Program-made: the position numbers and the translations under genes | Assembly (NCBI GenBank): GCA_023128895.1 | Contig: JAGMDC010000011.1 | Span: forward strand, 31,820 to 95,819 | DNA from: Candidatus Parcubacteria bacterium | GTDB lineage: Bacteria > Patescibacteriota > Minisyncoccia > Minisyncoccales > JAGMDC01 | Direction: 5' to 3' | Length of the DNA stretch: 64,000 nucleotides | Part shown: one piece after another, positions 50,145 to 59,393 of the stretch | Layout of the letters: each line of letters opens with the position of its first letter | Position numbering within the stretch: position 1 is the stretch's first letter | Notes under the pieces: generated by a model | Databases searched by the model: none | Seen by the model: only the letters and a program-made list of their open reading frames with translations | What the model was told of the DNA's origin: nothing

Positions 50145-51746
50145 ATGACAAAAATAAAAATTGGAATTACTCTATTAACTTCAGTGATACTTGGTGGTTT
50201 AGTTTTGGGCGCGGCAGTATTTGCCAATCCTTATTCTGACAAAAATGAAAAATCTAACAACGGCAGAGCTGAATATGTCCAGAATGAAATTCTCGTAAAG
50301 TTTCAGGGAGATGACAAGCCTTTCAGAGTGGTTAAAGTCCCCCGCGGAAAAGTTGAAGAAAAAGTAAAAGAATACAAAGGCAAGGCAAATGTAGTTTACG
50401 CTGAACCAAATTATATTCTTTACGCCTTTGACGCGCCTGCTGACCCACTTTACGCAGATTGGCAATGGGCATTAAATAACACAGGACAAGACTTAGAAGG
50501 AAGAATTAATGGAACTCCAGGGGCTGACATTAACTGGGAGCAAGCGTGGACAGAGTTTAACACTTATGATTGGGCAAACGATGATAGCAATAGCACTATT
50601 ATCGCAATCCTTGATAGTGGTATTGACGCAAGCCATCCTGATTTAGAAAATAAATTAGTTCTTGGAAAAAATTTTACAGATGATGGCGGCGAGAATGAAA
50701 CTCAAGATGTCTATGGGCACGGTACTCATGTTGCTGGAATTGCCGGGGCAGAAACAAATAATTCAGTAGAAACTACTGGAGGAATTGCTGGAGTTGCTTT
50801 CCCTGCTAATATCAAAATTATGTCTGTGAAAGTTCTTGGTAATAATGGCTGCAGTGACAGTGGAAGCGTTGCTGATGGAATTTATTACGCGGCAGACCCA
50901 ACCCGCGGAGGAGCTAAAGTAATAAACCTTAGTTTAGGCGGACGCGGTTCTGAAACAATGAAAACCGCGATAAATTATGCTTATGGTAAAGGAGTTTTAA
51001 TAGCTGCCGCGGCTGGCAATGACGGCGCGGGCAGAAAGCGCTATCCAGCAAGTTATCCTAATGTAATGTCAGTAGCTGGCACTGATTATAATGACAACAA
51101 TTATTCTTGGTCTAATTTCAATGACGAAATAGATATTTCAGCCCCGGCGGTTAAGGTTTTGTCCACTATCATGTACCACGCTAATCCTGATAAGGACCAA
51201 GAATACGGCCTTGGTACCGGCACTTCAATGGCATGTCCTCATGTTGCCGGATTAGCAGGATTGCTTTTTGCCCAAGACAACACCAGAACTAATACTGATG
51301 TAAGGGCCATTATTGAACAAAGCGCTGACGACTTGGGCGATACTGGCTGGGATAAACATTTCGGACATGGAAGAATCAATGTTCACGCGGCGTTAACTTA
51401 TTCCGCTTGCGAAACAAATAATGACTGCGAATCAGGAAAAATTTGCTGCTTGGGAAAATGTATTGTGTCAATCTGTACAACAGGAGGCAACGAATGTGAT
51501 GATGGAGAAATCTGCACAACAGATACTTGTATCAATCCAGGAACCTGCGAAGCTTCTTGCACAAATACATGGTTTGCTTGCGGGATTGCAGATGGATGCT
51601 GCGGTCCAGAATGCACCAGTGAGACAGATATAGACTGTTCGCCATCGGAATGCGTGAAAAATGGAAGGTATTGCAACTGTAATGGCAAATGCGATAAATT
51701 TGAGAGTTTTGAAAGTTGCCCCTCGGATTGCCCTAAAGCGATATAA
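50145..51746 (+). CDS. secreted subtilisin-like serine protease (S8) with a C-terminal Cys-rich domain
   Basis: 533 aa with a signal peptide and propeptide. The triad motifs are IAILDSGI, HGTHVAGI and GTSMACPHVAG. The ~110-aa tail has more than 25 Cys, including CDDGEICTTDTCINPGTC. Confidence 0.9.
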   Translation: MTKIKIGITLLTSVILGGLVLGAAVFANPYSDKNEKSNNGRAEYVQNEILVKFQGDDKPFRVVKVPRGKVEEKVKEYKGKANVVYAEPNYILYAFDAPADPLYADWQWALNNTGQDLEGRINGTPGADINWEQAWTEFNTYDWANDDSNSTIIAILDSGIDASHPDLENKLVLGKNFTDDGGENETQDVYGHGTHVAGIAGAETNNSVETTGGIAGVAFPANIKIMSVKVLGNNGCSDSGSVADGIYYAADPTRGGAKVINLSLGGRGSETMKTAINYAYGKGVLIAAAAGNDGAGRKRYPASYPNVMSVAGTDYNDNNYSWSNFNDEIDISAPAVKVLSTIMYHANPDKDQEYGLGTGTSMACPHVAGLAGLLFAQDNTRTNTDVRAIIEQSADDLGDTGWDKHFGHGRINVHAALTYSACETNNDCESGKICCLGKCIVSICTTGGNECDDGEICTTDTCINPGTCEASCTNTWFACGIADGCCGPECTSETDIDCSPSECVKNGRYCNCNGKCDKFESFESCPSDCPKAI

Positions 51747-51774
51747 TAAAATTCATATTGCAGATATTTCAAAA

Positions 51775-51808
51775 ACAAAATCCGACAATTGTCGGATTTT
51801 GTTTTTGG
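51775..51808. terminator. bidirectional intrinsic terminator between the convergent S8 and acyP genes
   Basis: aaaatccgacaattgtcggatttt flanked by A-run and T-run. Confidence 0.75.
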
Positions 51809-51813
51809 TTTTT

Positions 51814-51842
51814 AATACTACGAGAACGGTTCTCGTAGTATT
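51814..51842. repeat. 29-bp palindromic element, copy 4 (intergenic, opposite orientation)
   Basis: aatactacgagaacggttctcgtagtatt. The arms are perfect and the central base is flipped (g instead of c). Confidence 0.85.
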
Positions 51843-51844
51843 AA

Positions 51845-52147
51845 TTAATTTATGAATTTTTCAAGTTCGGGATATTTGATTTGAAAATCCTTAAATTCGC
51901 CTGTGTATTCCTGGGGTTCAATATCTATATTGTCAACTCTCGCGAACATCGGGCCTTTTTTCGTCCATTTCACGATTTTTTCCACTTTTTCTTTTTCGCC
52001 TTCAAACATTGCTTCCACTCTGTTGTCCGACAAATTCTGGACCCAGCCGAAAACCCCTAACTTTCGCGCGCGCTTCATAACGCTGTCCCTAAAAAAAACG
52101 CCCTGCACCTTTCCTAAAACAAAGATATGAACCCTAACTTTTTCCAT
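51845..52147 (-). CDS. acyP: acylphosphatase
   Basis: 100 aa. GKVQGVFFRDSVMKRARKLGVFGWVQNLSDNRVE matches the acylphosphatase signatures. Confidence 0.85.
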   Translation of the reverse strand: MEKVRVHIFVLGKVQGVFFRDSVMKRARKLGVFGWVQNLSDNRVEAMFEGEKEKVEKIVKWTKKGPMFARVDNIDIEPQEYTGEFKDFQIKYPELEKFIN

Positions 52148-52150
52148 CTT

Positions 52151-52495
52151 CTAAATTTTAACCAATGAAGTAAATTTAGTGAACATTAATAATGTTCTAA
52201 AAATTTTCTTAAACTCCTCTATATTTTTATCTTTTTTTATGTAAAACTGCGCCAGAACATCCCTAAATCTTAATAACTCGTTCAATCCATTGCGCCAGCG
52301 AGGGTCATTTATTGTTAAGTCCAATAATTCAAACGCTCTATTCAAACAATCCAAAACCTGTTTCTTGTCGCCATTTGCCATCCAATTTTTCGCGCGCGAA
52401 AATTCCGCGACAATATTCAAAATCTGGTCTTCTTTTGAAAATCCCTGCCATTTTTCCGCGCTCAAATTTTTATGATACTTATTTTCCATAGTCAA
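52151..52495 (-). CDS. hypothetical protein
   Basis: 114-aa helical ORF, tightly packed with its neighbours. No motif recognised. Confidence 0.45.
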   Translation of the reverse strand: MTMENKYHKNLSAEKWQGFSKEDQILNIVAEFSRAKNWMANGDKKQVLDCLNRAFELLDLTINDPRWRNGLNELLRFRDVLAQFYIKKDKNIEEFKKIFRTLLMFTKFTSLVKI

Positions 52496-52844
52496 CTAAT
52501 TTCTCAATAATTTGGTCAATCTTTATTATAATATTCTTATCTTCAATATCCATTGAAAAACTATTTTCTGTTGGCTTGATATTTATTAACGAAATATATT
52601 CAATTCTTTTTTCTCCATCACCTTTTAACGGATATAAATTGCCGCCCCATAAATTTCTATTATCCGACCCTTCTTCCACGAGTTTTTCCGCGGCGTCGGA
52701 ATGAAGTTCCCCGCCAAAAGCGATGATTTGTTTTTCTGTATCAACAACAAATTTAATCATTTCATGAAACGGATTGTCTAAAAATTTTTTCAAATACTCC
52801 TTATCTATTTTCTCTTTAATAATATCTATTGGATATTCCATCAT
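52479..52844 (-). CDS. hypothetical protein
   Basis: 121-aa ORF. Its start abuts the pgk stop. No motif recognised. Confidence 0.45.
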   Translation of the reverse strand: MMEYPIDIIKEKIDKEYLKKFLDNPFHEMIKFVVDTEKQIIAFGGELHSDAAEKLVEEGSDNRNLWGGNLYPLKGDGEKRIEYISLINIKPTENSFSMDIEDKNIIIKIDQIIEKLVDYGK

Positions 52845-53890
52845 TATTTTATTGCTTCTATGCCGGGTAGGGGTTTGCCGCAGAGGAACAAAAGCATTGC
52901 GCCGCCACCAGTTGACACAAAATTAAATTTATCGCGCAAACCCTGCTTGCCTAAAAACAAAACAGTGTCTCCCCCGCCAACAATGGAATACGCGCCAGAC
53001 GCAATTATTGCCTTGGCTATTGCCAAAGAACCCTGGATAAATCTCTTATCGTCTGTCAAACCCAATGGCCCGTTCCAGAAAATTGTTTTTGCCGTGAAAA
53101 TTTTCTGCTCAAACAAATCAATTGTTTTGGGTCCTATGTCCAAATCCTTATCATCAAGCCGTAGAGAATCTACCGGCTCCACAATTTTTTGCGAATTCTT
53201 TATCTCAAAATCCTGTTCTTTTATTTCCTGTTGAATCAAATGGCCGATTAAAATCTCATCAGCGATTTCTGAAATTTTGTCAAGCGCTTTTATTTTTGTT
53301 TTTGCTTTTACGCCGCCTATGAGCACCTTTAATGGTTTTTGCGGCGTTTCTCGCAATTCTTTCAAAATTTTAATTTCCTGTTCTGCTAAAAGTCCTATGC
53401 CAGAAGGCAAAAATTTTGGGATTCCTATTATTGAAGAATGCTCGCGGTGGCACACGCTAAAAGCGTCCTGAACAAAAATATCTCCTAATTTTGCCAGTTT
53501 TTCGGCAAACTCTAAATTATTTTCTGTTTCTTCTTTATAAAACCGCAAATTTTCCAGTAAAATCACATCCCCCTGTTTCATATTTGCTATTTCTTGCTCC
53601 ACTTTCTCGCCGACGCAATCATCTAAAAATTTTACTGGTCTGTTTAACAACTCGCTCAATCTCAAAGCAATAAATTTCAAACTATATTTATTATCCCGCG
53701 TTTCAGGGCGTCCAAGATGGCTTATTAAAACAACTTTCGCTCCTTTCTCAATTAAGTATTTAATTGTTGGCAAACTCTTTTCAAGCCGAAAATTATCTAA
53801 AATACCCCCTTGCTCGTTTAAGGGAACATTAAATCCAACTCTCACTAAAACTCGTTTGTTATTAACATCAAAATCCTTTATTGTTTTCAT
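52844..53890 (-). CDS. pgk: phosphoglycerate kinase (short form)
   Basis: 348 aa. RVGFNVPL, ISHLGRP, FWNGPLG and STGGGA motifs. It is shorter than typical bacterial PGK. Confidence 0.9.
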   Translation of the reverse strand: MKTIKDFDVNNKRVLVRVGFNVPLNEQGGILDNFRLEKSLPTIKYLIEKGAKVVLISHLGRPETRDNKYSLKFIALRLSELLNRPVKFLDDCVGEKVEQEIANMKQGDVILLENLRFYKEETENNLEFAEKLAKLGDIFVQDAFSVCHREHSSIIGIPKFLPSGIGLLAEQEIKILKELRETPQKPLKVLIGGVKAKTKIKALDKISEIADEILIGHLIQQEIKEQDFEIKNSQKIVEPVDSLRLDDKDLDIGPKTIDLFEQKIFTAKTIFWNGPLGLTDDKRFIQGSLAIAKAIIASGAYSIVGGGDTVLFLGKQGLRDKFNFVSTGGGAMLLFLCGKPLPGIEAIK

Positions 53891-55506
53891 TCTTCATCTT
53901 CATTTGTTTCGTCTAAAATTTTTTTTAACCCGTCAATATCAACTTCTTTTCTCTCTTTAGGCCTCTTGCCAATATCTTTTTTAGAAGGATTGAAATCTGT
54001 TGTTTCTTTTTCCAAAATAGCGTCTCTTAAAGAAGTAAAACTGGATTTTTCTTTTACGGGCGCCACTGGCGCTCCGATTTTCTCTTTGCAGGATTTGCAG
54101 TAAACAGGCCTATTTGGGTCTGGCTTAAAGGGAACTTTGATAATTTTTCCGCAAGTAGAGCATTGCGCGTCATACAGCGTCATTGTTGGCGCTGTTCGCC
54201 TTGCCTGACCTGTCTGCAACGCTGGACCAGCGCTGATTGTTTCCGCCCATTCAATTATTTTTTCCTCCACTTTTGCCCGCGGAGTGCTGTACTTCTCCCT
54301 TGACCAATTAATAATTTTATCCATATTAGAATCTTTCAACTTCTCAAAAGGAGGCAAAGTATCTGCTGAAAAGGGCCTGCCGGCCAGTCCGTCAATCATT
54401 AACTTCAAATAGATATTATATTTCGCCAAATTGACCATATCGCTGGCAATAAATTCCGGCATAAATTCTTTTTCTATAAATTCCGCGTCTTCCGCGCCTA
54501 CTCTAAAAGAGATTAATGTCCCGATGTTGCCGAAAACAGCGTCCCTCACTGTTTCTTCCATTTGATTGATATATTGATGCCCTAAAATCAAAGCCAAACG
54601 ATATTTTCTGGCTTCTGACAAGATATTAACAAAACTCTCTGTGGCGAAATTCTGGAACTCGTCCACATAAAGGTAAAAATCCTTTCTCTCGGCTTCGGGC
54701 ATATCAACACGGGACATTGCCGCAAGTTGAAGTTTGGTAATTAAAAGCGCGCCCAGCAAACGCGAAGCGTCCTCCCCTACCTTTCCCTTGGACAAATTCA
54801 TTATAAAAATCTTCTGGTTATCCATTATTTCTCTCATATTAATAGAAGAATTGACCTGCCCTATTATATTTCTTATTAAAGGCGCTGAAGTAAATTGCCC
54901 AATTTTATTTTGAATTGCCGCTGTTGCTTCTGACGCGTATCTCTGGTCATATCCGGCAAATTCCTGAGTCCAATACGCTTTTATCACGGGGTCTGTAACT
55001 TTTTCAATCACTTGCTGCCTGTATCCTGGATCTGCCAGCATCCTGTTCACCCCTAAAAGAGTGGCGCCCGGATATTCCAATAAAGCCAAAATACAATTAT
55101 TCAAAATATATTCCATTCTCGCTGACCAGACATCCGGCCAAATTTTCTTAAACACGCCCATTAAACCGCCTGAAACCAAATGCCGCTTTTCAATATCAAC
55201 CTGCTCCATGATATTAAAAGCAATAGGATAGTTAATGTCAGCCGGATTGAAATAAACAACATCTTTAATTCTTGATTCCGGAACAAAATTCAATAAGTCC
55301 TCCGCTACTTCTCCGTGAGGGTCAACAAAAGCCAATCCTTTTCCGTCTTGAATATCCTGAATAGCCATATTTTGCAGCATAGCGCTTTTTCCCATACCGG
55401 TTTTCCCAACAACATAAACATGCCGACGCCTGTCATCGGTCTTTATTCCAAATTTTTTCCTTATATTGCGAAAATTTGTTTCCGCAAAAAAATTTATTTC
55501 TGACAT
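53887..55506 (-). CDS. VirD4/TraD/FtsK-HerA-like P-loop ATPase with a C-terminal CxxC..CxxC zinc ribbon
   Basis: 539 aa. Walker A VVGKTGMGKSAM, FVDPHGE, Walker B FYLYVDEFQNF, and the C-terminal CSTCGKIIKVPFKPDPNRPVYCKSCKEK. Confidence 0.6.
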   Translation of the reverse strand: MSEINFFAETNFRNIRKKFGIKTDDRRRHVYVVGKTGMGKSAMLQNMAIQDIQDGKGLAFVDPHGEVAEDLLNFVPESRIKDVVYFNPADINYPIAFNIMEQVDIEKRHLVSGGLMGVFKKIWPDVWSARMEYILNNCILALLEYPGATLLGVNRMLADPGYRQQVIEKVTDPVIKAYWTQEFAGYDQRYASEATAAIQNKIGQFTSAPLIRNIIGQVNSSINMREIMDNQKIFIMNLSKGKVGEDASRLLGALLITKLQLAAMSRVDMPEAERKDFYLYVDEFQNFATESFVNILSEARKYRLALILGHQYINQMEETVRDAVFGNIGTLISFRVGAEDAEFIEKEFMPEFIASDMVNLAKYNIYLKLMIDGLAGRPFSADTLPPFEKLKDSNMDKIINWSREKYSTPRAKVEEKIIEWAETISAGPALQTGQARRTAPTMTLYDAQCSTCGKIIKVPFKPDPNRPVYCKSCKEKIGAPVAPVKEKSSFTSLRDAILEKETTDFNPSKKDIGKRPKERKEVDIDGLKKILDETNEDEE

Positions 55507-55525
55507 AGAATTAATAATTTATTGT

Positions 55526-56887
55526 TTACTCTTCTATTGGCAGTTCTGCCGGCGCTTCGCCTCTCTTTGCTTCCACGCGGAAAATAGAAGGCGCGCCTGT
55601 CACCATTCTGCCCGGAAAATGATACAAAGAAGCCAACTCCTCAATATTCAAAATAAAGCTTGATGGCCCGGCGTTTCTTGGAAACAAAGGACTGATTCTA
55701 CCCACATAATTCCTAAACATATTTCTCTTTCTTACATAAGTCCTTCTTTTATCCAAAAACCACAGCCAAAAAGTGTATTTTTTTGTAATGGTGTTGGACC
55801 AGGGCTTAAATCCATTAAAATTAGTTGTAGAAAACTGGTCAAAAAATCCCATAGGAATTGTTTTTCTGCCGCCAAAATAATCCTCTTTTTTACCTAAATG
55901 CACAAATCTGATATTGCACTTAAAAGCGTATTTGCTTACTTTTTTTTCAATTACTGAAACAACCTCTCTTTCTCCGGGGCTGAGCGTCAGTTCCGGAGGA
56001 ATAAGTTGCGCTTCTTTTTTCTCTTCCTCTGTGGGCGCCTTGTTCATTAACGAACCAATAAAAACCCCTATTGCTTCCTGAACTATTGGCTTGCCTGCCG
56101 GCTTGAGACCGGGCCTGTCCAATAACTTATCAACTTCTTTTTTACCGCGTTTCGGATAATCGTCTTCCACATTTGCCGCTACCGGCGTTGCTATTATCTG
56201 AACCCATAACTGCTCTTTTGGCTTAAATTTCGCCATACCTTCCAAAAGCGCGGATATAGGGTCTATTCTTTTTTCTTCTTTCGCTACTTCTGGCTTTTCT
56301 TCAAAAAATTGCGAATAGGTTCTTATTGGATAAACATCGTCTTTTAATAGAACATAATCGCAGCCCCATAGATCCCAATTTTTATTAGGAATATCCTGGG
56401 GAACAAATTTTGTGTAATCCTCAACTTCTTCAATCTCCACATCAGGATACTGGGAATAGATGCTTGACTCTACTCTGTCGCGCGTCGCGGCTGGAATTCT
56501 GATATAAAAATGCGGTTTGCCCCCCAAGGAAGCTATTTCAAGAGACATAGCCAGCTGCTGCTTTCCGTCCAGCCATTTTTCTCTCGGATTGGGCGGGTCG
56601 TATAAATGCCATAATCCGGAAAACACTAGTTCCATTGCTTTTACCGGCGTAAGCACTTCTTTGGGCGGCTTAATTTCCAATAAAATCATTCTCACATTTT
56701 TCGCGCACCATTTGTCTCCGAGCCACCAAAGCCAAAGATATTTGAACGGCTTTATTAAAATAAAAGGAATCGGCAGCCACCACCAATCCTTTATCATCTG
56801 CCATATAATTTGAAAAAAAGGTGTTAAAACCTTTTGCGCGGTGCCGAATTCCTGACTAACTGCTTCTAAAAAAACTAGGTCAATCAT
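55526..56887 (-). CDS. hypothetical membrane protein, upstream partner of the ATPase
   Basis: 453 aa. Two N-terminal Trp-rich TM helices (WWWLPIPFILIKPFKYLWLWWLG) followed by a large soluble domain. Confidence 0.5.
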   Translation of the reverse strand: MIDLVFLEAVSQEFGTAQKVLTPFFQIIWQMIKDWWWLPIPFILIKPFKYLWLWWLGDKWCAKNVRMILLEIKPPKEVLTPVKAMELVFSGLWHLYDPPNPREKWLDGKQQLAMSLEIASLGGKPHFYIRIPAATRDRVESSIYSQYPDVEIEEVEDYTKFVPQDIPNKNWDLWGCDYVLLKDDVYPIRTYSQFFEEKPEVAKEEKRIDPISALLEGMAKFKPKEQLWVQIIATPVAANVEDDYPKRGKKEVDKLLDRPGLKPAGKPIVQEAIGVFIGSLMNKAPTEEEKKEAQLIPPELTLSPGEREVVSVIEKKVSKYAFKCNIRFVHLGKKEDYFGGRKTIPMGFFDQFSTTNFNGFKPWSNTITKKYTFWLWFLDKRRTYVRKRNMFRNYVGRISPLFPRNAGPSSFILNIEELASLYHFPGRMVTGAPSIFRVEAKRGEAPAELPIEE

Positions 56888-56894
56888 AAATATA

Positions 56895-56925
56895 AATGAG
56901 CGGGCTTCGTTGCCGAGCGAATATT
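56895..56925. repeat. collapsed copy of the 11957-12120 element (both ends, no interior)
   Basis: aatgagcgggcttcgttgccgagcgaatatt combines the left-end aatgagcg with the right-end ggcttcgttgcc..gcgaat. Confidence 0.5.
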
Positions 56926-56927
56926 AC

Positions 56928-57935
56928 TTAGGTTTCGCGAACAAAATATCTCCCTTTATTATCCTGTTGGAAATATTCCCGGTTGTTGAGATTCAATAAG
57001 ACAGTGTTTTCTTTTACAAATCTTTGTTTGAGAACATAATCCACGATTTTTTGTTTTGGCAATGGCTTGTGCGATTTTTTAAGAACATTGAAAATCACAT
57101 CCTTTATATGCCCAGTTTCATATCCCCATTCCTGCAAAGCGTAAAGTCCTCTGCCCACTAAAACAAATCTATTGTCTTTAATCAATTCGTTGTGAACTGT
57201 CTTGAATAAATACGGCTTTTTAATTTTTTCCTGCGTCTGAATAATATCAGCCACTTGTGTAAAGTGCATTGGCTTATTTTCTTTTTTCAGCGTCAAAAAC
57301 GCTTTGTCTTTAATCCCTCTTGGATTTATTTCAGGCCAATTGGAAAAACCGTACAAATTGTCCTGGTTTTTTAAAATATGCTTGGAAAGCTCAATGGAAG
57401 AAAGCAAAACATTGGCATTGGAAGGGTTTGCATTATAAACCCGAAAATCTTCAAACACAAGAGGTCTGTCTTTTTTCTTTAATTCCTTGAAAAACGATTC
57501 TGTGATTTTCTGAGCGCGTTTAATAGAATTTGATTCCATTGTCCAGAAAGGGAAAAAATCGTCTGTTTCAGGAAATCTTTTGAATGGCTCTCTAATGCTC
57601 AATAAAAATAAAATATAGGGTCTTGAATTTAAGCCGCCTAATTTTTCCAAAAGCAAATTTTCTCTTTTCAAACCCCCGAAATTTTTTATTTCGCGCGCGA
57701 AATATTGAAATGGCTTTTGTGAAATATTTTGCGCTTTTTCTCGCGCGATTTTAAGCCCTATATTCTCAATCTGGCGAACTCTTTCGCGCGTTATTTTGTA
57801 ATCGTTCCCAACGAATTCCAATGTTTCTTTCTCACCTGTTCCAAACCCAAAACGCCTGCTTATAATATCTTGTGTTCTTTTCGGCAGGTCTTGCAAAAGA
57901 TTTTCGCAAATTTTCTTATAATTAAATTTAGACAT
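56928..57935 (-). CDS. DNA-binding protein with a sigma-70 region-4-like HTH and a C-terminal HARE-HTH-like domain
   Basis: The ORF opens at 58055. The probable start is MSKFNYKKICENL (57935). TLEFVGNDYKITRERVRQIENIGLKIAR resembles region 4. MHFTQVADII..VLVGRGLYALQEWGY resembles HARE-HTH. Confidence 0.5.
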   Translation of the reverse strand: MSKFNYKKICENLLQDLPKRTQDIISRRFGFGTGEKETLEFVGNDYKITRERVRQIENIGLKIAREKAQNISQKPFQYFAREIKNFGGLKRENLLLEKLGGLNSRPYILFLLSIREPFKRFPETDDFFPFWTMESNSIKRAQKITESFFKELKKKDRPLVFEDFRVYNANPSNANVLLSSIELSKHILKNQDNLYGFSNWPEINPRGIKDKAFLTLKKENKPMHFTQVADIIQTQEKIKKPYLFKTVHNELIKDNRFVLVGRGLYALQEWGYETGHIKDVIFNVLKKSHKPLPKQKIVDYVLKQRFVKENTVLLNLNNREYFQQDNKGRYFVRET

Positions 57936-58064
57936 ATTCTCTATATATTTTCTTTTTATATCACATTGCATACATAATGTCAAATCCTTTTCTGTGGATA
58001 AAAAAAAGGGAGATAAGCTCCCCAATGTTGCGCAGGATAAAAAATTATTTCTCACGCAAAACTT

Positions 58065-58763
58065 TTATAATTCTTGCAGCAGACTTTCAGCTTTTTGTCG
58101 CAGCTTTTCGCTAAGGAAACTTGGCAAGTCGACATCTCTAATCATCGCTATGAACCATTCTGGAACTGCGTCAATTGATACTGTTGGTAATAAAACCTCT
58201 GATAAAACCTCTGATATCCGCTTCTCAAGTAACGCTTCCAGTTCTGACTCAGAACTGATTTTGTGCCAGCAAAACATCAGTATTTCCATATCGCTGATTG
58301 TTGGTAAAAGCTCTGGTAAAACCTCTGCCACCCGCTTCTCGACTAACTCTCTCACTTCTGACTCAAGATCAATTTTGTCCCAATAAGACATCAGTGTTTT
58401 CATATCATCGGCTGCTGATAAAACCTCTGTCATCCGTTTCTCGGTTAACGCTTCCAGTTCTGACCCAGAATCAGTTTTGCCATAAAAAGACATCAGTATT
58501 TCCATATCGTTGACTGCTGGTAAAACCTCTGCTATCCGCTTCTCAATTAACGTACTCGGTTGTGACCCAAAACCAATGCTATCCCAATAAAACATCAGTG
58601 TTTCCATGTTATTGACTGTTGAAAAATCTAAATCCACGTTCGTTGGCGTACTCTCTCCCAAAAAAGATGATTCTAAAAAAGCTGATAACAAAATTTTCAA
58701 TTCATTTTTTTCCATTTCCTTACTTTCACCTCCTAAAAGCCCTTTCTCTGTCATCAGCCGCAT
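58065..58763 (-). CDS. helical repeat protein (four ~38-aa repeats)
   Basis: The repeats are DMEILMSFYGKTDSGSELEALTEKRMTEVL, DMKTLMSYWDKIDLESEVRELVEKRVAEVL and similar. The probable start is the internal ATG at 58715, which follows GGAGGTGA. Confidence 0.5.
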   Translation of the reverse strand: MRLMTEKGLLGGESKEMEKNELKILLSAFLESSFLGESTPTNVDLDFSTVNNMETLMFYWDSIGFGSQPSTLIEKRIAEVLPAVNDMEILMSFYGKTDSGSELEALTEKRMTEVLSAADDMKTLMSYWDKIDLESEVRELVEKRVAEVLPELLPTISDMEILMFCWHKISSESELEALLEKRISEVLSEVLLPTVSIDAVPEWFIAMIRDVDLPSFLSEKLRQKAESLLQEL

Positions 58764-58823
58764 TTGCAGTCTTGAACCGCCTGGCGCAACCTCTATTAAA
58801 AGAACTGCCTAAATCATAGCAGT

Positions 58824-59390
58824 TTATTTGATTCTGTCAACAGTTGGAATCTCGTATAATCTTATATATGGATAATCTGGAAGAGATTTAATGAAAGGGA
58901 TATTATCAAAAGTGAAAGCCAAAGAAACAATCCTTGTTCCCGGTTTTAATTCAGATAAAAATTTTCTTTCCAGTAAAACCATAGTCGGCTGAAAAAGATA
59001 AATTAAAATAACATCGGCGTCGGAAAAATCTTTTTTGAAAAAATTGCCTTGATGAATTTTAATTTTATTTTGCAATCCTAATTTTTCAATCCTGCGCGTA
59101 GACATCCGAACTAATACCGGATTAATCTCAATCCCATTGCATTTTACATTATATTTTCTCGCGGCTTCAATAAGGATTTTCGCGTCTCCTGAACCAAGGT
59201 CGTAAAGAATTTCACCCTGCTTTGGACTTGCCAACTCGAGCATCTTTCTAACTTTTTCTATCGGCGCGGGGACAAACGGAGCGCCAAAAATAATAAACAA
59301 AGAAAAAAATAGTTTAATCAAAAGAAAACCCGTGAAAACAAGCAAACATATTAAAAATAATAAATCTAGAAATAAAATAGCAGAAATCAT
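58824..59390 (-). CDS. class I SAM-dependent methyltransferase with an N-terminal TM helix
   Basis: 188 aa. ILYDLGSGDAKILIEAA (motif I), NGIEINP, DADVILIY. Confidence 0.6.
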   Translation of the reverse strand: MISAILFLDLLFLICLLVFTGFLLIKLFFSLFIIFGAPFVPAPIEKVRKMLELASPKQGEILYDLGSGDAKILIEAARKYNVKCNGIEINPVLVRMSTRRIEKLGLQNKIKIHQGNFFKKDFSDADVILIYLFQPTMVLLERKFLSELKPGTRIVSLAFTFDNIPFIKSLPDYPYIRLYEIPTVDRIK

Positions 59391-59393
59391 TTT

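Noticed and set aside
53887-56887. A complete type IV secretion or conjugation system.
   Set aside because: Only a coupling-protein-like ATPase and one membrane protein are present. There is no relaxase, VirB4, VirB6/8/9/10 or pilin gene in the window. I report it only as a two-gene module.
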